DNA from: Octopus sinensis
Taxonomy: Eukaryota
Direction of reading: 5' to 3'
NCBI RefSeq assembly: GCF_006345805.1
Contig: NW_021835022.1
Span: 1-44,698, forward strand
Length of the DNA: 44,698 nt
Shown here: one piece after another, positions 10,913 through 22,980 of the stretch
Position numbering within the stretch: position 1 is the stretch's first letter
Layout of the letters: every line of letters starts with the position of its first letter
Notes under the pieces: model-generated
Seen by the model: the letters and a program-made list of their open reading frames with translations, nothing else
The model's database searches: none
What the model was told of the DNA's origin: nothing
Program-made: the position numbers and the translations under genes

Positions 10913-11430
10913 TTTCCTTCTTTCTTCAAAGTTTTTTTTCCGTACACCTAGGGCAGAGAAGCTCATTGTATGCATTCCCAGATTACACACGCAAATTCAC
11001 AGGTAAAATATGTATTTGAAAAATTAATAGATAAATAAATTCATGAATGCGTGTTGTTTTCACAGCGATAATGCTCTTCTCAGTACATGAGCCGTTCCAG
11101 TTAATACGATTTTTTGCACTCCCTGTAGGCATGGTAAGTCTGGTATCATTGTCAAATAAGTTTCAGTACCTTTTTTTTTTATCATTCCTAGAGATCCTAC
11201 AATCACTGGTACTGTAGTCGCCTTGAGATGCCACATTTTTTTTCAGTTTCTATTAGCAAGTCTTTATATTTACTGATCTTGTCAAATTCTTTCGCCGCTA
11301 TATTGTGATCGCAAGGAATACTCACGTCAATTAATAAACACATCATTTTTGTCTGATCTTTTATAATAATATCCGGTTTATTAGCTTTTATAGTTTTGTC
11401 GGTATGTACAGAGAAGTCCCATAGAATCTA
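10884..11430 (-). mobile_element. R4/Dong-clade retrotransposon 3' end, lineage 3
   Basis: Minus 11427-11060 reads ILWDFSVHTDKTIKANKPDIIIKDQTKMMCLLIDVSIPCDHNIAAKEFDKISKYKDL...MWHLKATTVPVIVGSLGMIKK...VQKIVLTGTAHVLRRALSL* (PD...D RLE motif; two poly-A frameshifts). Ends in (AAT)n. Confidence 0.9.
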
Positions 11431-11637
11431 AACAAATACCGCATGTTACTTCTCTCGATGTTCCACCGATTTAGCCAATCTGGTTTCAGAACACAAGAAG
11501 ACACAAATAAAACATTTGATTCCGTCGACTCTGGATGGAGAAAAGATGCTAACTTTAGCAGGGTTTGAACTCAGGACATGATAATGAGTATAATCGAGTG
11601 ATGATGAATATATTAAGTGTAAATATTGAGATAAATG

Positions 11638-11920
11638 TGAAGGCGTGTGGCCTAATGGTCAGGAATGCCGCATTCACGATCGCGAGATTGTGGTTCGATT
11701 CTCAAATCGGCCGCACGTTGTGTTCTTGGGCGAAACACTTCATTACACGTCGCTCCAGTCCAATCAGCTGCAAATGGGACCACCCTGCGACGGAATACTC
11801 TTCCAATGAAGAAGGAGTATCGGCCTGCTCACCTCGCCAGCTGGGTGGCAGCATTCAAAAGCTAAGAATAATGCAAAGTGCATTGTGATCGGCGATGTAT
11901 AACAACATCCGATAGTCTGG
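11638..11920 (+). mobile_element. SINE-C (tRNA-derived), diverged
   Basis: A-box TGGCCTAATGG, B-box GGTTCGATTCT, then ttgtgttcttgggcgaaacacttcatt shared with 25490 and 42236. Confidence 0.8.
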
Positions 11921-12299
11921 ATGATACCGTGATATTTCAGTATAAATAAGAGATTAGAGTTTCCAGTCGGACCCTTCGTCAGGAAAGAAAAATAAATACA
12001 TTTGTTGATACATTGGAACGTTTTTGATCACTATATCTGTTCGATTACTGATGGGATATACAACAATATACAGCGGATTAGAATAATCAATAAGAGTAAT
12101 GCAGCAGCAGCAGCATCTGCAGCTACTACTACTGCTGCTACTACTGCTACTACTTGTTGGTGGAAATCATATCTCGATTATTGATTTTTAATTCATATTT
12201 AATCAATTGTCTGGAACGTCTTCATGCCTGTGAGACATTTTGTAAGATAACAAACATGCTACAGAAGGAGGAGGACGGGGAAGAGGAGGAGGAGGAGGA

Positions 12300-12426
12300 G
12301 AAAGGAATGAACGGGGAATAATAATAATATTAATAATAATAATAATAATAATAATATAAAAATAATAATGATGATGATAATATAATAATAATAATAATAA
12401 TAATAATATAATAAAAATAATAATTG

Positions 12427-12463
<37 letters not shown>

Positions 12464-12830
12464 TAATAATGATAATAATATAATAAAAATAATAATGATA
12501 ATAATAATAATATAATATATAATAATAATAATAATGATAATAATATAATAAAAATAATGATGATAATAATAATAATAATAAAAATAATAATAATAAAAAT
12601 AATAATATAATATAATAATAATAATGGTATATAATAATAATAATAATAAAAATAATAATATAATAAAAATAATAATAATAATAATATAATAAAATAATAA
12701 TAATAAGATAATAATATAGATGGTGGTGGTAACGATGATGTGATGATAATGATGATGATGGTGATGTCGACGACGACGAAGATGACAACGACGTCGATGA
12801 TGATGATGCTAAATAAGTAAATAATAAATA
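12300..12830. repeat. Compound (AAT)n/(GAT)n/(GAC)n tract
   Basis: Direct reading. Confidence 0.95.
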
Positions 12831-13344
12831 AATACACAGTGCATTCTTCAAAGGCAAACTGATCGTTTTTATCATTTTGTTGAAGTTAAAAATCTAAGAG
12901 TTCGAAGATCGAACACATTAAAGAACAATATCGATATTTCATGATTTCTTTTTCAAATAGGTCACTATTGTTTTTATTTAGATTTTATCTTTATTTATTA
13001 TTTTTTATTTTTGCATCTCATATCTCATCCTTTCTGGGTCGATACATAAATTATTCATCGACGGGCAGTGAGATGTGTTGAACCACAATTGTCAACGCAA
13101 TGGACACAAAATGCCACGCGGCGTTTCCTTCGGGCAACATGTGTGTTTGCTGTTTGAATTCTAGCGTGGTACCCATGCCTTGGGTTTATCACCCCCGTCA
13201 AGGCGATAAGTGACCAGTGTAGACAGGCGGGCCTTCAACATTAGCATAGATAAGCTGGCAACGGTTCTCAATATGTGGTTTATATTTAAAAGATCGACAA
13301 CAGAACGGAAGGAAAATATACCAAGTTGTTAGATATATATATAT

Positions 13345-13815
13345 AACTTAGATAAAACTTAGATATGTTTCGACCAAAGATTGGTCCAGGCCATGTCTAA
13401 CTTAATAGCACCACCTGATCGGATTATCTAAATCCTGTTAAGTCAAGTTTGTTTATGGTCCATTCAAGTAGTGAGTTTTTGTTGGGTGAGTTGTATCCAA
13501 TTATGGTGGCTTATCTGGTATTCCTTGAAGGAATCTATCCAGACTCCGTTTAAAGTTGATGGGATCCTTTTCCTCTTTGATCTCTTTCGAGACAATGTTA
13601 AATTGGGCAGGGCCTGTTGAGGAAAAGAAATTATGTTGCAGTGTACATGTTTGCTGTGATCTCGAATTGGGCAGGGGACGTATGGCCCGTGGTCCCAGTC
13701 TTGGATGAACCTTGAAGCTAATGTTCAGGTCGTTTGGGTAAAGTTGGCGGTATATTCTCCACATCGTACAAAAAGTTTGTACCGCTCGCGGCGACGCTGG
13801 AGAGAGTATGCCTCA
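13345..13815 (-). mobile_element. CR1/L2-group LINE ORF2 C-terminus and 3'UTR
   Basis: Minus strand YSLQRRRERY, then GPAQFNIVSKEIKEEKDPINFKRSLDRFLQGIPDKP and, after a frameshift, GYNSPNKNSLLEW. 3' stem-loop gacc-aatcttt-ggtc and ctaag repeats. Confidence 0.85.
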
Positions 13816-13876
13816 AAAAATGTTTACACATTGTATAATGCGATCCTGGTTGTCGTGTGCTTAGGAGAACAGATGC

Positions 13877-13965
13877 GATGGTCACGACTGAAGCGTCATT
13901 GACCATAAAGCGATTTCATCTGGTCTGCCCTGGGGCAAAACAACTGCAACATCAACAGCAACAAC
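13877..13965 (+). mobile_element. Family H retroposon 3' tail with (CAA)n
   Basis: gatggtcacgactgaagcgtcattgaccata...tggtctgccctggggc matches the reverse complement of 15754-15822. Confidence 0.6.
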
Positions 13966-14324
13966 ATATATTTTTCTAGCCAGGCACAAATTCCATTTTC
14001 TTTCGACATCGCCCAAGTCCACCTGGAAGTCACTAAGAAATAAGTATCACTATATGGCGAGAGTTACCTGTGATAAACTCTGGCGTTGTATCCAGAGGGG
14101 AGGTTAACCTCTCAACTCCGACTCTCTGCATCGAAATATTATATTCTATATTGCCTCATTAACGTGATTGCCTTAATGAAATAGGTATCAACATTTTGTA
14201 TGGTGAGTGTCGCTGTGAGAGAGCAATGACTTATGTAGGAAAATAGGAAAATTGTAATGGAACTGGTCAACACAGGCTGAGACGAGGCGAGAATGCTTTT
14301 GTGCCAACCAGGGAGCCTCCACGT

Positions 14325-14471
14325 CAGTCATGAGCAAACTGCGGCCCGCGGTGCTTTCTGAATGGCACACCTAACGAAAACTTACCTTAAAACTTTGTTA
14401 GTTGTGCGGCTCACCTGATGATGGGCCGTGTCTCATGTGGCCTGCTTCTCAATAAATTTTGCCCATGTCTG
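14325..14471. mobile_element. hAT (Charlie-like) MITE, 147 bp
   Basis: TIRs cagtcatgagcaaa / tttgcccatgtctg (2 mismatches); 8-bp TSD ctccacgt (14317-24) / ctctacgt (14472-79); sub-terminal cggcccgc motif. Confidence 0.85.
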
Positions 14472-15285
14472 CTCTACGTAATCTAACCGTGAGAAATAGC
14501 AACCAAAGCCCTCTCTCTCCGTCTCTCTCTATTTATCTATCTTTCTTTCTCTCTCTCTCTCTCTTTCCCTCTCTCCCTCTCTTCTCCCTCTCTCTCTCTC
14601 TTTTCCTTCTCTCTCTCTGTTCCTCTCTCTTTCTTTCTCTTTCTCTCTCTCCTATCTGCCTCTCAAATCTCACCGTAACATCATACAAAGCAGAAAGAGT
14701 TTCAGAAACATGGCGGAATTATGAGAGGAAGGACGGAATAAAGGAAGAAGGGTGGGAAGGAAGGAAAGAAGGAAGGAAGGGAGGAAGGAACAAACAAAGA
14801 CATTGAGGTAAGGCAAAAAATGGTAATCAAATATACGTGCCAAAACCAAAAACAAAAAAAAAACCAACACCAAACGAAGCCTGTGTTCTCTCTACCTTAT
14901 CTACATTTCCCCTGCAGCCCTCTGTAATTACAATATACATACATACATACATACATACATACATACATACATACATACATACATACATACATACATACAT
15001 ACGTACGTACATACACAAATGCCACGAATCCCCACTCTGCCTACCTTTGAACGCTCATAGAAGAAAAGGTAGCTTGTACTTTTGGCGTGATGACTTTACG
15101 GTGCAAAATGCATGGGGTGGGCGCTATGCTATATTGCGTTGCGTTGCGTGAGCCAGTTTCGAGTAGGCCTTATACATATACATGCATATATATATATATA
15201 TACATATACATACCAAGCACACACACACACACACTTCTCTTTCCTCTCCTCTATCTATCTCTTTCTCTTTCTCTTTCTCCTCATT

Positions 15286-15327
<42 letters not shown>

Positions 15328-15753
15328 TATATATATGGTAAAGAGGTGGAGTGAAGCTTTTTGAGTAAAGAGTGAAAGTGAGTGAAGAGACGGTTACGTC
15401 ATCGAGTAGTTGAGTGAGTCGAGTGGAACTGTCATGTTAAATTGTTGTTGTTGTTGTTGTTGCTGCCTGCTGCTGCTACCTTTTGCAATATTAATCCCAG
15501 GTCCCGGTTTTAACGCAGGATAGCCTTGATCCTAAGACCAAGGACGGTCTCTCATTTTTCCATGCCTTTTGTTCCAAACACCAATCGTCTAGAACTACGT
15601 GTGCCCTCCCTTTTTGGTTTTAAAAAGCCGAATGAGATTTCGTCGCTATTTCTGGCATATTGGCTGGCCACATCGAGGGCCCCATTGGATTGTCATAACG
15701 TGATATGGAACCATGGAACCGGGGAATCGTGAAACCGTTTGGCATAGATTTTT

Positions 15754-15822
15754 GCTCCAGTTCAGACCAAATGAAGGCAACCTATGATCAATTACGGTCC
15801 AGCTTTGACCATCACGTCTTTT
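15754..15822 (-). mobile_element. Family H tail, second copy
   Basis: Homologous to 13877-13945. Confidence 0.55.
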
Positions 15823-16671
15823 ATCCCAAGCACAGGACAACTATAGAAAGCGCCGTTATTTTCTATGACAGCAGTGTATAATGATTTGAGGGAGATTTAT
15901 CTGCTATTTCAGTCAGGTCTGTCATGATCCAGTAAAACTTACAATCAACGGTATCCCAGTTGAATTAATCCAATGTTTTTTATTAATCTTTCATTTTTAG
16001 CTAAGCGTATCTAGGGTTACATAATCTAAAATGTGCCCTTCTTTTATTGAATGAGGTGGGGGTAAATGTGAGAGAGCTTCAGCTATCGTTTCGAATAGGT
16101 CACGCGACCAGCATGAGATGGTCCTTTGCGTGGAAAGGAACCGGAATGGAGAGGTGTCGGGTAGCTAGGAGAAGTGGTGGGTGGAAGGGCGCCCAGAGGA
16201 GATGAGGGTGCGGGGAAGCCGGGTGTGGAATTGGTTAATAATTCTTGGCCAACAAAATATTTCGTTTGAATATTTCTTATCATCTCTGCAGACAGCGAAC
16301 AATATGTTATATGTCTTTACGTAACGGTGGTGGTGGTGGTGGTCGCGGTGGTCGCGGCGGTCGCAGCGGCGGCGTTGGAGGTGTAAATGGTGGTGGTGGA
16401 GGTGGTGGTGGTAGGAGGAGGAGGTTAAAGATTATAAAAAACGGTGATGTGGAGATGAACTTCCTTATATGGATGTTGCCTGTCTTGATGCTGGTAGAAT
16501 GCTTACTTTTGGTATATATATATGCGTATGTATTGTATGCATGCTCGTGCGTGTGTGTGTGTGTGTTTTCTATTTTTTTAATGTCTTTTTTTTTTGTTGC
16601 TTTATTTGTTTCGGTGTTTGAACTGTGACTATTCTCTGACTCCGCCTTAAAAGGTGTTTTAGTGGATGAAA

Positions 16672-16786
16672 TCAAGCCCAGTAATTATTTATTTTTTTAA
16701 ATCTTAGAATCTTGTTCTATCGGTCTCTTTTGCCGGGCCATTAATTTATGGGACGTAAACAAACTAACACCGATCGTTAAGCAGTT
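16672..16786 (-). mobile_element. SINE-A 3'-half fragment
   Basis: ttctatcggtctcttttgccg...ggacgtaaacaaactaacaccgatcg matches the SINE-A 3' half. Confidence 0.65.
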
Positions 16787-16787
16787 A

Positions 16788-16821
<34 letters not shown>

Positions 16822-16901
16822 CTAAGCACACACACATGCACACATACACACACGACACTCACACGCTTTAGAGTATTGCGTGCTCTGTACATTAAGATAT
16901 A

Positions 16902-17067
16902 TTCTTTTATTTGTTTCAGTCATTTGACTGCGGCTAAGCAGGAGCACCGCCCTTAGTCGAACAATCAGCCCCTAGTACTTATTCTATCGGTCTCTATGGC
17001 GGAACCGCTAAGTTACGGGGACGTAAACACACCAGCATCGGTTATCAAGTGAGGGTGGTGGAGACAA

Positions 17068-17105
<38 letters not shown>

Positions 17106-17281
17106 GTATATATATACGATGGGCTTCTTTCAGTTTCCGTCTACCAAATCCACTCACAAGGCTTTGGTCAGCCCGAGGCTATAGTAGAAGACACTTGCTC
17201 AAGGTACCACGCAGTGGGACTGAACCTGAAACCATGTGGTTGGTAAGCAAGCTACTTACCACACAGCCACACCTGCGCCTA
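16902..17281 (-). mobile_element. SINE-A, near full length
   Basis: Head at 17281, central gaagcccatcgta plus microsatellite, tail atgactgaaacaaataaaagaa. Confidence 0.9.
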
Positions 17282-17484
17282 TTGAAAAAAATATATATAC
17301 TGGGAAATGGCTTAACTTATAATACGTATGTTTTAAAAGCTACTACGAAAAGCGCTTACGTAAAATCTTCAGATATTTAGTATTCAACTACGCAGACTTG
17401 ACTGGGCAGAAGATGATGGTGGTCGTTGTTGTAGAATTCTACATGTTCAGTTTCCCACAAAATGTTTATCTGCAAACATGATAT

Positions 17485-17892
17485 ATCTTCGTCAGCCATC
17501 AGCCAGATGGTCTTCCTTCTGTCCTGGGGGTAAGCTTGCCCAAACTCTCAAGCTCCTTCTGAGTTTTAGTCCACGCATATAATCAGCCAGGCTTTTGTTT
17601 CGAATCCATTCTTTGATGCTAGTTCACAAACGTTTTTGACGGCTTATCACTGCCTTGCACTCAACACTTCCTACCAGGATAGTCTTGAGTTAAGACTCCT
17701 GGCGCATTGTGTCTCCAAAATATGATAGTTTTGGGGAACTGATTTTCAGCAATAGGTGTCTTTGGAGTTTTCAACCTGTCAATGCTGCAGCTTTCGTTAC
17801 TTTATCTCCAGTTTATTCGTCCAATCCGCGAATGATCCACCTCTCAAAGGCTTCTTTCTTCTTCTCCATTGCTCTCCACATTTTCCAAGTAT
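17485..17892 (-). mobile_element. RTE-clade LINE C-terminal remnant
   Basis: Minus frame TWKMWRAMEKKKEAFERWII...DKVT...KLSYFGDTMRQ...KTILVGSVE...SIKEW with several stops; matches the RTE post-RT pattern (EAFE.W, L.YFGH, IL.G.VEG). Confidence 0.8.
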
Positions 17893-17974
17893 TTAACCCG
17901 ATGGGATCTTATTTAAACTCTCTTTTAATTAATTAATTAATAAATCAATTAACATTTATTACTAATTAATTACA

Positions 17975-18510
17975 AACTTGTTACCAGTACAAATATGCTT
18001 GAGGCATTTCGAACCGTACGAAAGCCATTCATTGTATTTTGTTATGGAGAAAAGTTCTCGCTGTAGACGAACTGGTGTAAGCACACCGAGTCAGCTCACA
18101 ACGTCCCCTAACCAGACTGTTGGATGCATGCATTTCGAAGTGGTTATCTCCTCTTCAACAACTGAGACTGGAAAGGCAGACGCTACGAACTGATACGAGA
18201 GACAGTATCTTTCATACGATATTCCCGTCAATGACTGGATACGCTATTCAGCGGCTCACCGTACATTAAAAACATTAAAAACGAAGTGACAGCGCTCAGC
18301 AGTGATATGTATAAATACTAACTTATTACCAATTCAAATATGCTCGAGGCATACTTGAACTCGTAAGAAAGACATTCATTGTATTTTGTCAAGGAGAAAA
18401 GTTCTCGCTGTAGACAAATAGGTGTAAATACACCGAGTCATCTCACAGCGCCCCCTAACCAGACTGTTGGATGCATGCATTTCGGGGTGATTATCCCCTC
18501 TTCAGCAATT
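17975..18510. repeat. Pair of about 190-bp direct repeats (17975-18163 and 18320-18510)
   Basis: Shared caaatatgct..gaggca..cattcattgtattttgt..ggagaaaagttctcgctgtagac..cccctaaccagactgttggatgcatgcatttcg. Confidence 0.9.
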
Positions 18511-19077
18511 AATCATTTCTTTATTTAAGTTTCTTTTTATTAATTATCAAAAAAAAAAGACCATTCATAAAGAATATATTTAGGACTACGACAGGCACCC
18601 TACTGTTAGACTAACTAATTCCTCTATTACCATTCACCCTCTTTCATACCCTCAATTCTGTTGGCGTTCGCTAATTGGCATGGCATTACAACGAGGATGT
18701 AAGCACCTTACATCGTTAAAGACTTGTATCGTTGAAGACCTGGAGTTTAGATTTTAGGCAACGCCCTTCATCAACGTCCTCGCCGTCTCTTCCAGTTCTA
18801 CACCCCACTTAGTCATTATTCTTCCTACCAATATAGATTTTTTTCTAGATTTTTTTTACTCCTCCCACCCTGTATTTTATATTTTCATTTATATTCGATG
18901 TTTATTTTAGATGTTACCTGCAACTTCGTCTTGCAGATAACGCCCTAAAATAACATTTAACCAAAACATTGATACATCTGCATTTAATGTATAAATCAAT
19001 ATCCAAGTTCATAAAACTTAAGTTGAGTACAATTAACGCGTATGTAGTCTCTGTTTCATGAAAATGAAAGATTTATA

Positions 19078-19380
19078 CAACTGTCTTCATTTATCGCGGG
19101 TGCTTGGTTCCAAAACAAGAACACCGAGTTTAATTAATCAGTGATAATGAATAACAGAACACATAGACAAAAATTAGGTCTCATTCTGCGTCCCCAAGTT
19201 GACCTAAGCATTGTGGATAGTCGCTGCAGCGCGCTTTTGCGCTCGAAGCAGAATCTCTGACTGATCGCAGGCTCGTGTTATCACAGATCAATTCGTGTTA
19301 GGTGTGACATGGTTCTCAATAAGCGTACCGTGCTTTCCCAGATCCGCGATAAATGAATCAGTGATAAATGAGGATAGATG
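19078..19380. mobile_element. Tc1/mariner (Tigger/pogo-like) MITE
   Basis: TA at 19076-77 and 19381-82; TIRs caactgtcttcatttatc vs catctatcctcatttatc (reverse complement of the right end); ttcatttatcgcgg at both ends. Confidence 0.7.
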
Positions 19381-19548
19381 TATTAAAATCTGATTTGTTA
19401 TTTCTATTCAGTTCCCGGCTTAGACAGGTACACGCAGATTATCATAGACTTGAATAATCCAAAAGCTTCAACATGAAAGAGGAGATAATTCCTGTGCTTA
19501 ATTCATTTTGAATCGTTTAACCATATCCCTACTGCTAATATATATACA

Positions 19549-19625
<77 letters not shown>

Positions 19626-19723
19626 CAATGATGATCCTATTTCATGACTTTCCATGGTTTGTTTTGATTCTCTTGTTCGTGCTTAATGTTTATCTGGTAT
19701 TTGAAGCCGTCAGAAGCCTTGAT

Positions 19724-19902
19724 ACGTAAATGTGGAACAACGAGAATGAGTACCCAACACCGCATCGGTGGATGAAATTTCTTTATTTGTATATAAAGAC
19801 TACTATTTCTTGGCATGAAACTAATGGTAGCCTATGCACAAAGAAAAAATGTATCCACCAACGCGGTGCAGAGCACTCATTCTCGTCGTACCATATTTAC
19901 GT
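19724..19902. mobile_element. Fold-back (palindromic) MITE-like element, 179 bp
   Basis: acgtaaat/atttacgt, acgagaatgagt/actcattctcgt, caccgc/gcggtg, ggtggat/atccacc and further inner pairs continue almost to the centre. Confidence 0.8.
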
Positions 19903-19979
19903 GTATATATATATGATTATAATAATATATATATATACACACACACAAACAACAACCACCACACACACACACACACACA

Positions 19980-20021
<42 letters not shown>

Positions 20022-20029
20022 TTTTAATC

Positions 20030-20358
20030 TCTTATTTGTTTCAGTCGAACAAAATGACCCCAGGACTTATTCTTTGTAAGTCTACAACTTATTCTATCGG
20101 TCACTTTTGCCGAAGCGCTATTTTACGAGGACGTAGACACACCAACATCGATTGCCAAACGATAGTCAAGGGATAAACACAGACATCCAAATACGACGGG
20201 ATTCTTTCAGTTTCCATCTACCAAATCTATTCACAAGGGTTTGGTCGGCCCGAGGCTGTAAAAGAAGATACTCACCCAAGGTGCCACGTAGTGGGGCTGA
20301 ACCCGGAATCATGTGGTTGAGAAGCAAGCTTCTTACCACACAGCCACGCCTGCGCCTA
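20030..20358 (-). mobile_element. SINE-A, small 3' deletion
   Basis: Colinear with other SINE-A copies; head ...cacacagccacgcctgcgcc ends near 20357. Confidence 0.9.
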
Positions 20359-20691
20359 TACACACACACACCACACACACACACACAACACATCTATATA
20401 TATATATGGGCAATCTTCGATTATTTCCTTTCCAGAAGGGATGTTTAACCCGTTATTTACATGCAATTATTTATGGCTCCATGTGATGTGTTGCAAGATA
20501 TTCCAAAACGGAATTAGTTCACGTTCTCTCAAACTTTACAAAATTCTTATGACGTCAATAATGTGTGTGTGTGTGTGTGTGTGTGTATAAATACATACAT
20601 ATACATATGTATGAATATTCATATATATACACACATACATACATACATATTCGGATATATATGTGTGTATATGTATGTATGTATATCTGTA

Positions 20692-20734
<43 letters not shown>

Positions 20735-21194
20735 ATATATTGTTGTGTGTGTGTGTGTGTGTGTATATATACATATGTATTCTTGTTATTATTATTTAAT
20801 TGGCTTGCTCTACATCACAGGCAGACGTCTTGCTGTGTGATCTTGCTTATGGATCATACGTACACACAGAGGCGCGCACACACTCACACATACACACACA
20901 CACACATACACACTCACTCATACATACGCACATGCGCGCGCGCGCTGACACACGCATGAACGCACACATATGTATCTACAAACACATACACAGTGACACG
21001 TACAGAATGACCGAAGACATTAAAAAAAAACTGAATGTAAATATTACATAAACATATGTACGTACGTTTGTGTGTCTACCCATTTGTCTGTATATACGCA
21101 TGTAGTATGCATGTATGTATCTATAATGTATGTATATATGTATGTATGTATGCATAAAATATTTCACATAATTATTTTTGATTAAATTTCTGAT

Positions 21195-22078
21195 ATTGAT
21201 TTCAAATTTTTGGCACAAGGCCAGCAATTTCAAGGAAAGGGCCAAGTCGATTCTTATATTCTTTTATTCTTTTACTTGTTTCAGTCATTTGACTGCGGCC
21301 ATGTTGGAGCACCGCCTTGAAGGGTCGAACAACTCGACACCAGCACTTGTTCTTTGCAAGCCTGGTCCGTATTCTATCGGACTCTTTTGCCGGACCGCTA
21401 ACCTGCGGGGATGCAAAACACACAACACGGTTATCAAGCAGTGATGGGGAAGGGCGGGGCCAAACCAAACACTTAGACATACACACATAGATATATACGC
21501 AGACACAAACACCGACGCATGCACACACACGTATATGTATACGACGGGCTTCTTTCAGTTTCCGCCCTCCAAATCCACTCACAAGGCTTCGGTCGGCCCG
21601 AGGCTAGAGTAGAAAGCACTTACCTAAGGTGCCTCGCAGTAGGAATGATCCCGGAACCATGTGGTTGGGAAGCAAGCTTTTTATTTCTTTATTGCCAACA
21701 AGGGGCTAAACATATAGGGACAAACAAGGACAGACAAAGGGATTAAGTCGATTACATCGACTCCAGTGCGTAACTGGTACTTAATTTATCGACTCCGAAA
21801 GGATGAAAAGCAAAGTCGACCTCGGCGGAATTTGAACTCAGAACGTAACGGCAGACGAAATACCGGTAAGCATTTCGCCCGGTGTGCTAACGATTCTGCC
21901 AGCTCACCGCCTTCCAGCACCACACAGCGATGCCTGCACCTGGTTCTTATTTTATCGCCCCAGAAAGGATGAAAGGCAAAGTAGAGATCAGCGGTATTTG
22001 AACTCAAAACGTAAGGACGGACGAAATGCCGCTAAGCATTTTGCCGAGGGAGCTAACGATTCTGCCAGTTCACCGTCT
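21195..22078 (-). mobile_element. Three-level nest: SINE-B2 (21195-21252 + 21940-22078) interrupted by SINE-A (21259-21679 + 21918-21941), itself interrupted by SINE-B1 (21681-21913)
   Basis: Each outer element resumes where it broke; the missing SINE-A head accacacagcgatgcctgcacct reappears after the B1 head. Confidence 0.8.
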
Positions 22079-22121
22079 GAATTATATTCTTCATATTCAC
22101 TCCATGATGAAATATTCTACT

Positions 22122-22286
22122 ACCGATGTTGGTTTGTTTACGACCCCGTAACTTGGCAGTTCGGCAAAAGAGACCTATAGAATAAGTACTAGGCTTATAA
22201 AAAATAAGTCCTGGGGTCGGTTTGTTCGACTAAAGGCGGTACTCCAGCATGGCCGCCGTCAAATGACTGAAACAAATAAAAGAATA
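22122..22286 (+). mobile_element. SINE-A 3' half
   Basis: gtttacgaccccgtaacttggcagttcggcaaaagagacc...aaatgactgaaacaaataaaagaata. Confidence 0.85.
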
Positions 22287-22651
22287 CTAATGTAACTTGA
22301 CTACTGTTTTTACATGCAGATGGCGTCCCTGAGTAATTAATGCATCAATTAATTCTTTAAAGCATAAAAGAATAGTCAATAAAATCGAGCGTTGATATGA
22401 ATGTACATATCCTTTTTTCCTTTTTACTTTTTTTTTATTTTTGCAGCGCTGTTACCTTCGTCAAGGAATAATTCACTCACATATACATGAGTACTCCCGA
22501 CTTCAGCTCTCCCTCACGCACACGCAAACAAATACATATACTGGTACTCCGTCTGTTACATGGTGCTGCCCTATATATATATATATAAGATCAAGAACAG
22601 CTTAAACCTTGCAGTAACTAACAACATGGTATATTAAATCCGAGTGAAACA

Positions 22652-22820
22652 GAGTTCATCTATTACATCACTTGACGAGGCGCTTCCCCACCGAAGGACG
22701 CATCACAACTAGAGGTATAGTTTCCTACCCGCGAGGGATGGATGCAGGATGTGTCGAAACGATCGTTATGAGCAATAAAGCTTCCCCATGTATCCCATTT
22801 TCCGTCTCTATCATGTTATA
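22652..22820 (+). ncRNA. Hammerhead-ribozyme-like cassette, copy 2
   Basis: atcac-TTGACGA(22672-78)-GGCGC...GTGTC(22751-55)-GAA-ACGATCGT(palindrome)-T-atgag, then AATAAA at 22774. Flanks homologous to 2002-2172. Confidence 0.55.
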
Positions 22821-22980
22821 TATATATATGCTTATCAGGAGCAAAATATTCAGAAGTGAATATTTATATAGATATTAATATTGCTATTATTATAGAAGGC
22901 AATATAAATAGATGATAATAACAGCAACATTACTATCGTTGGTTGCAGGCCTAAAATAGCATTATATAGCTATAGAATTA

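Noticed and set aside
11945-11990. Minus-strand hammerhead-like CTGACGAAGGGTCCGACTGGAAAC
   Set aside because: Stem II is only about 2 bp and stems I and III do not pair; at best a heavily decayed relic.
21913-21922. ccagcacca after a SINE-B head, as at 25336, suggesting a target-site preference
   Set aside because: At 21913 it overlaps the resumed SINE-A head; the other B1 TSDs (34238, 35422) are unrelated in sequence.
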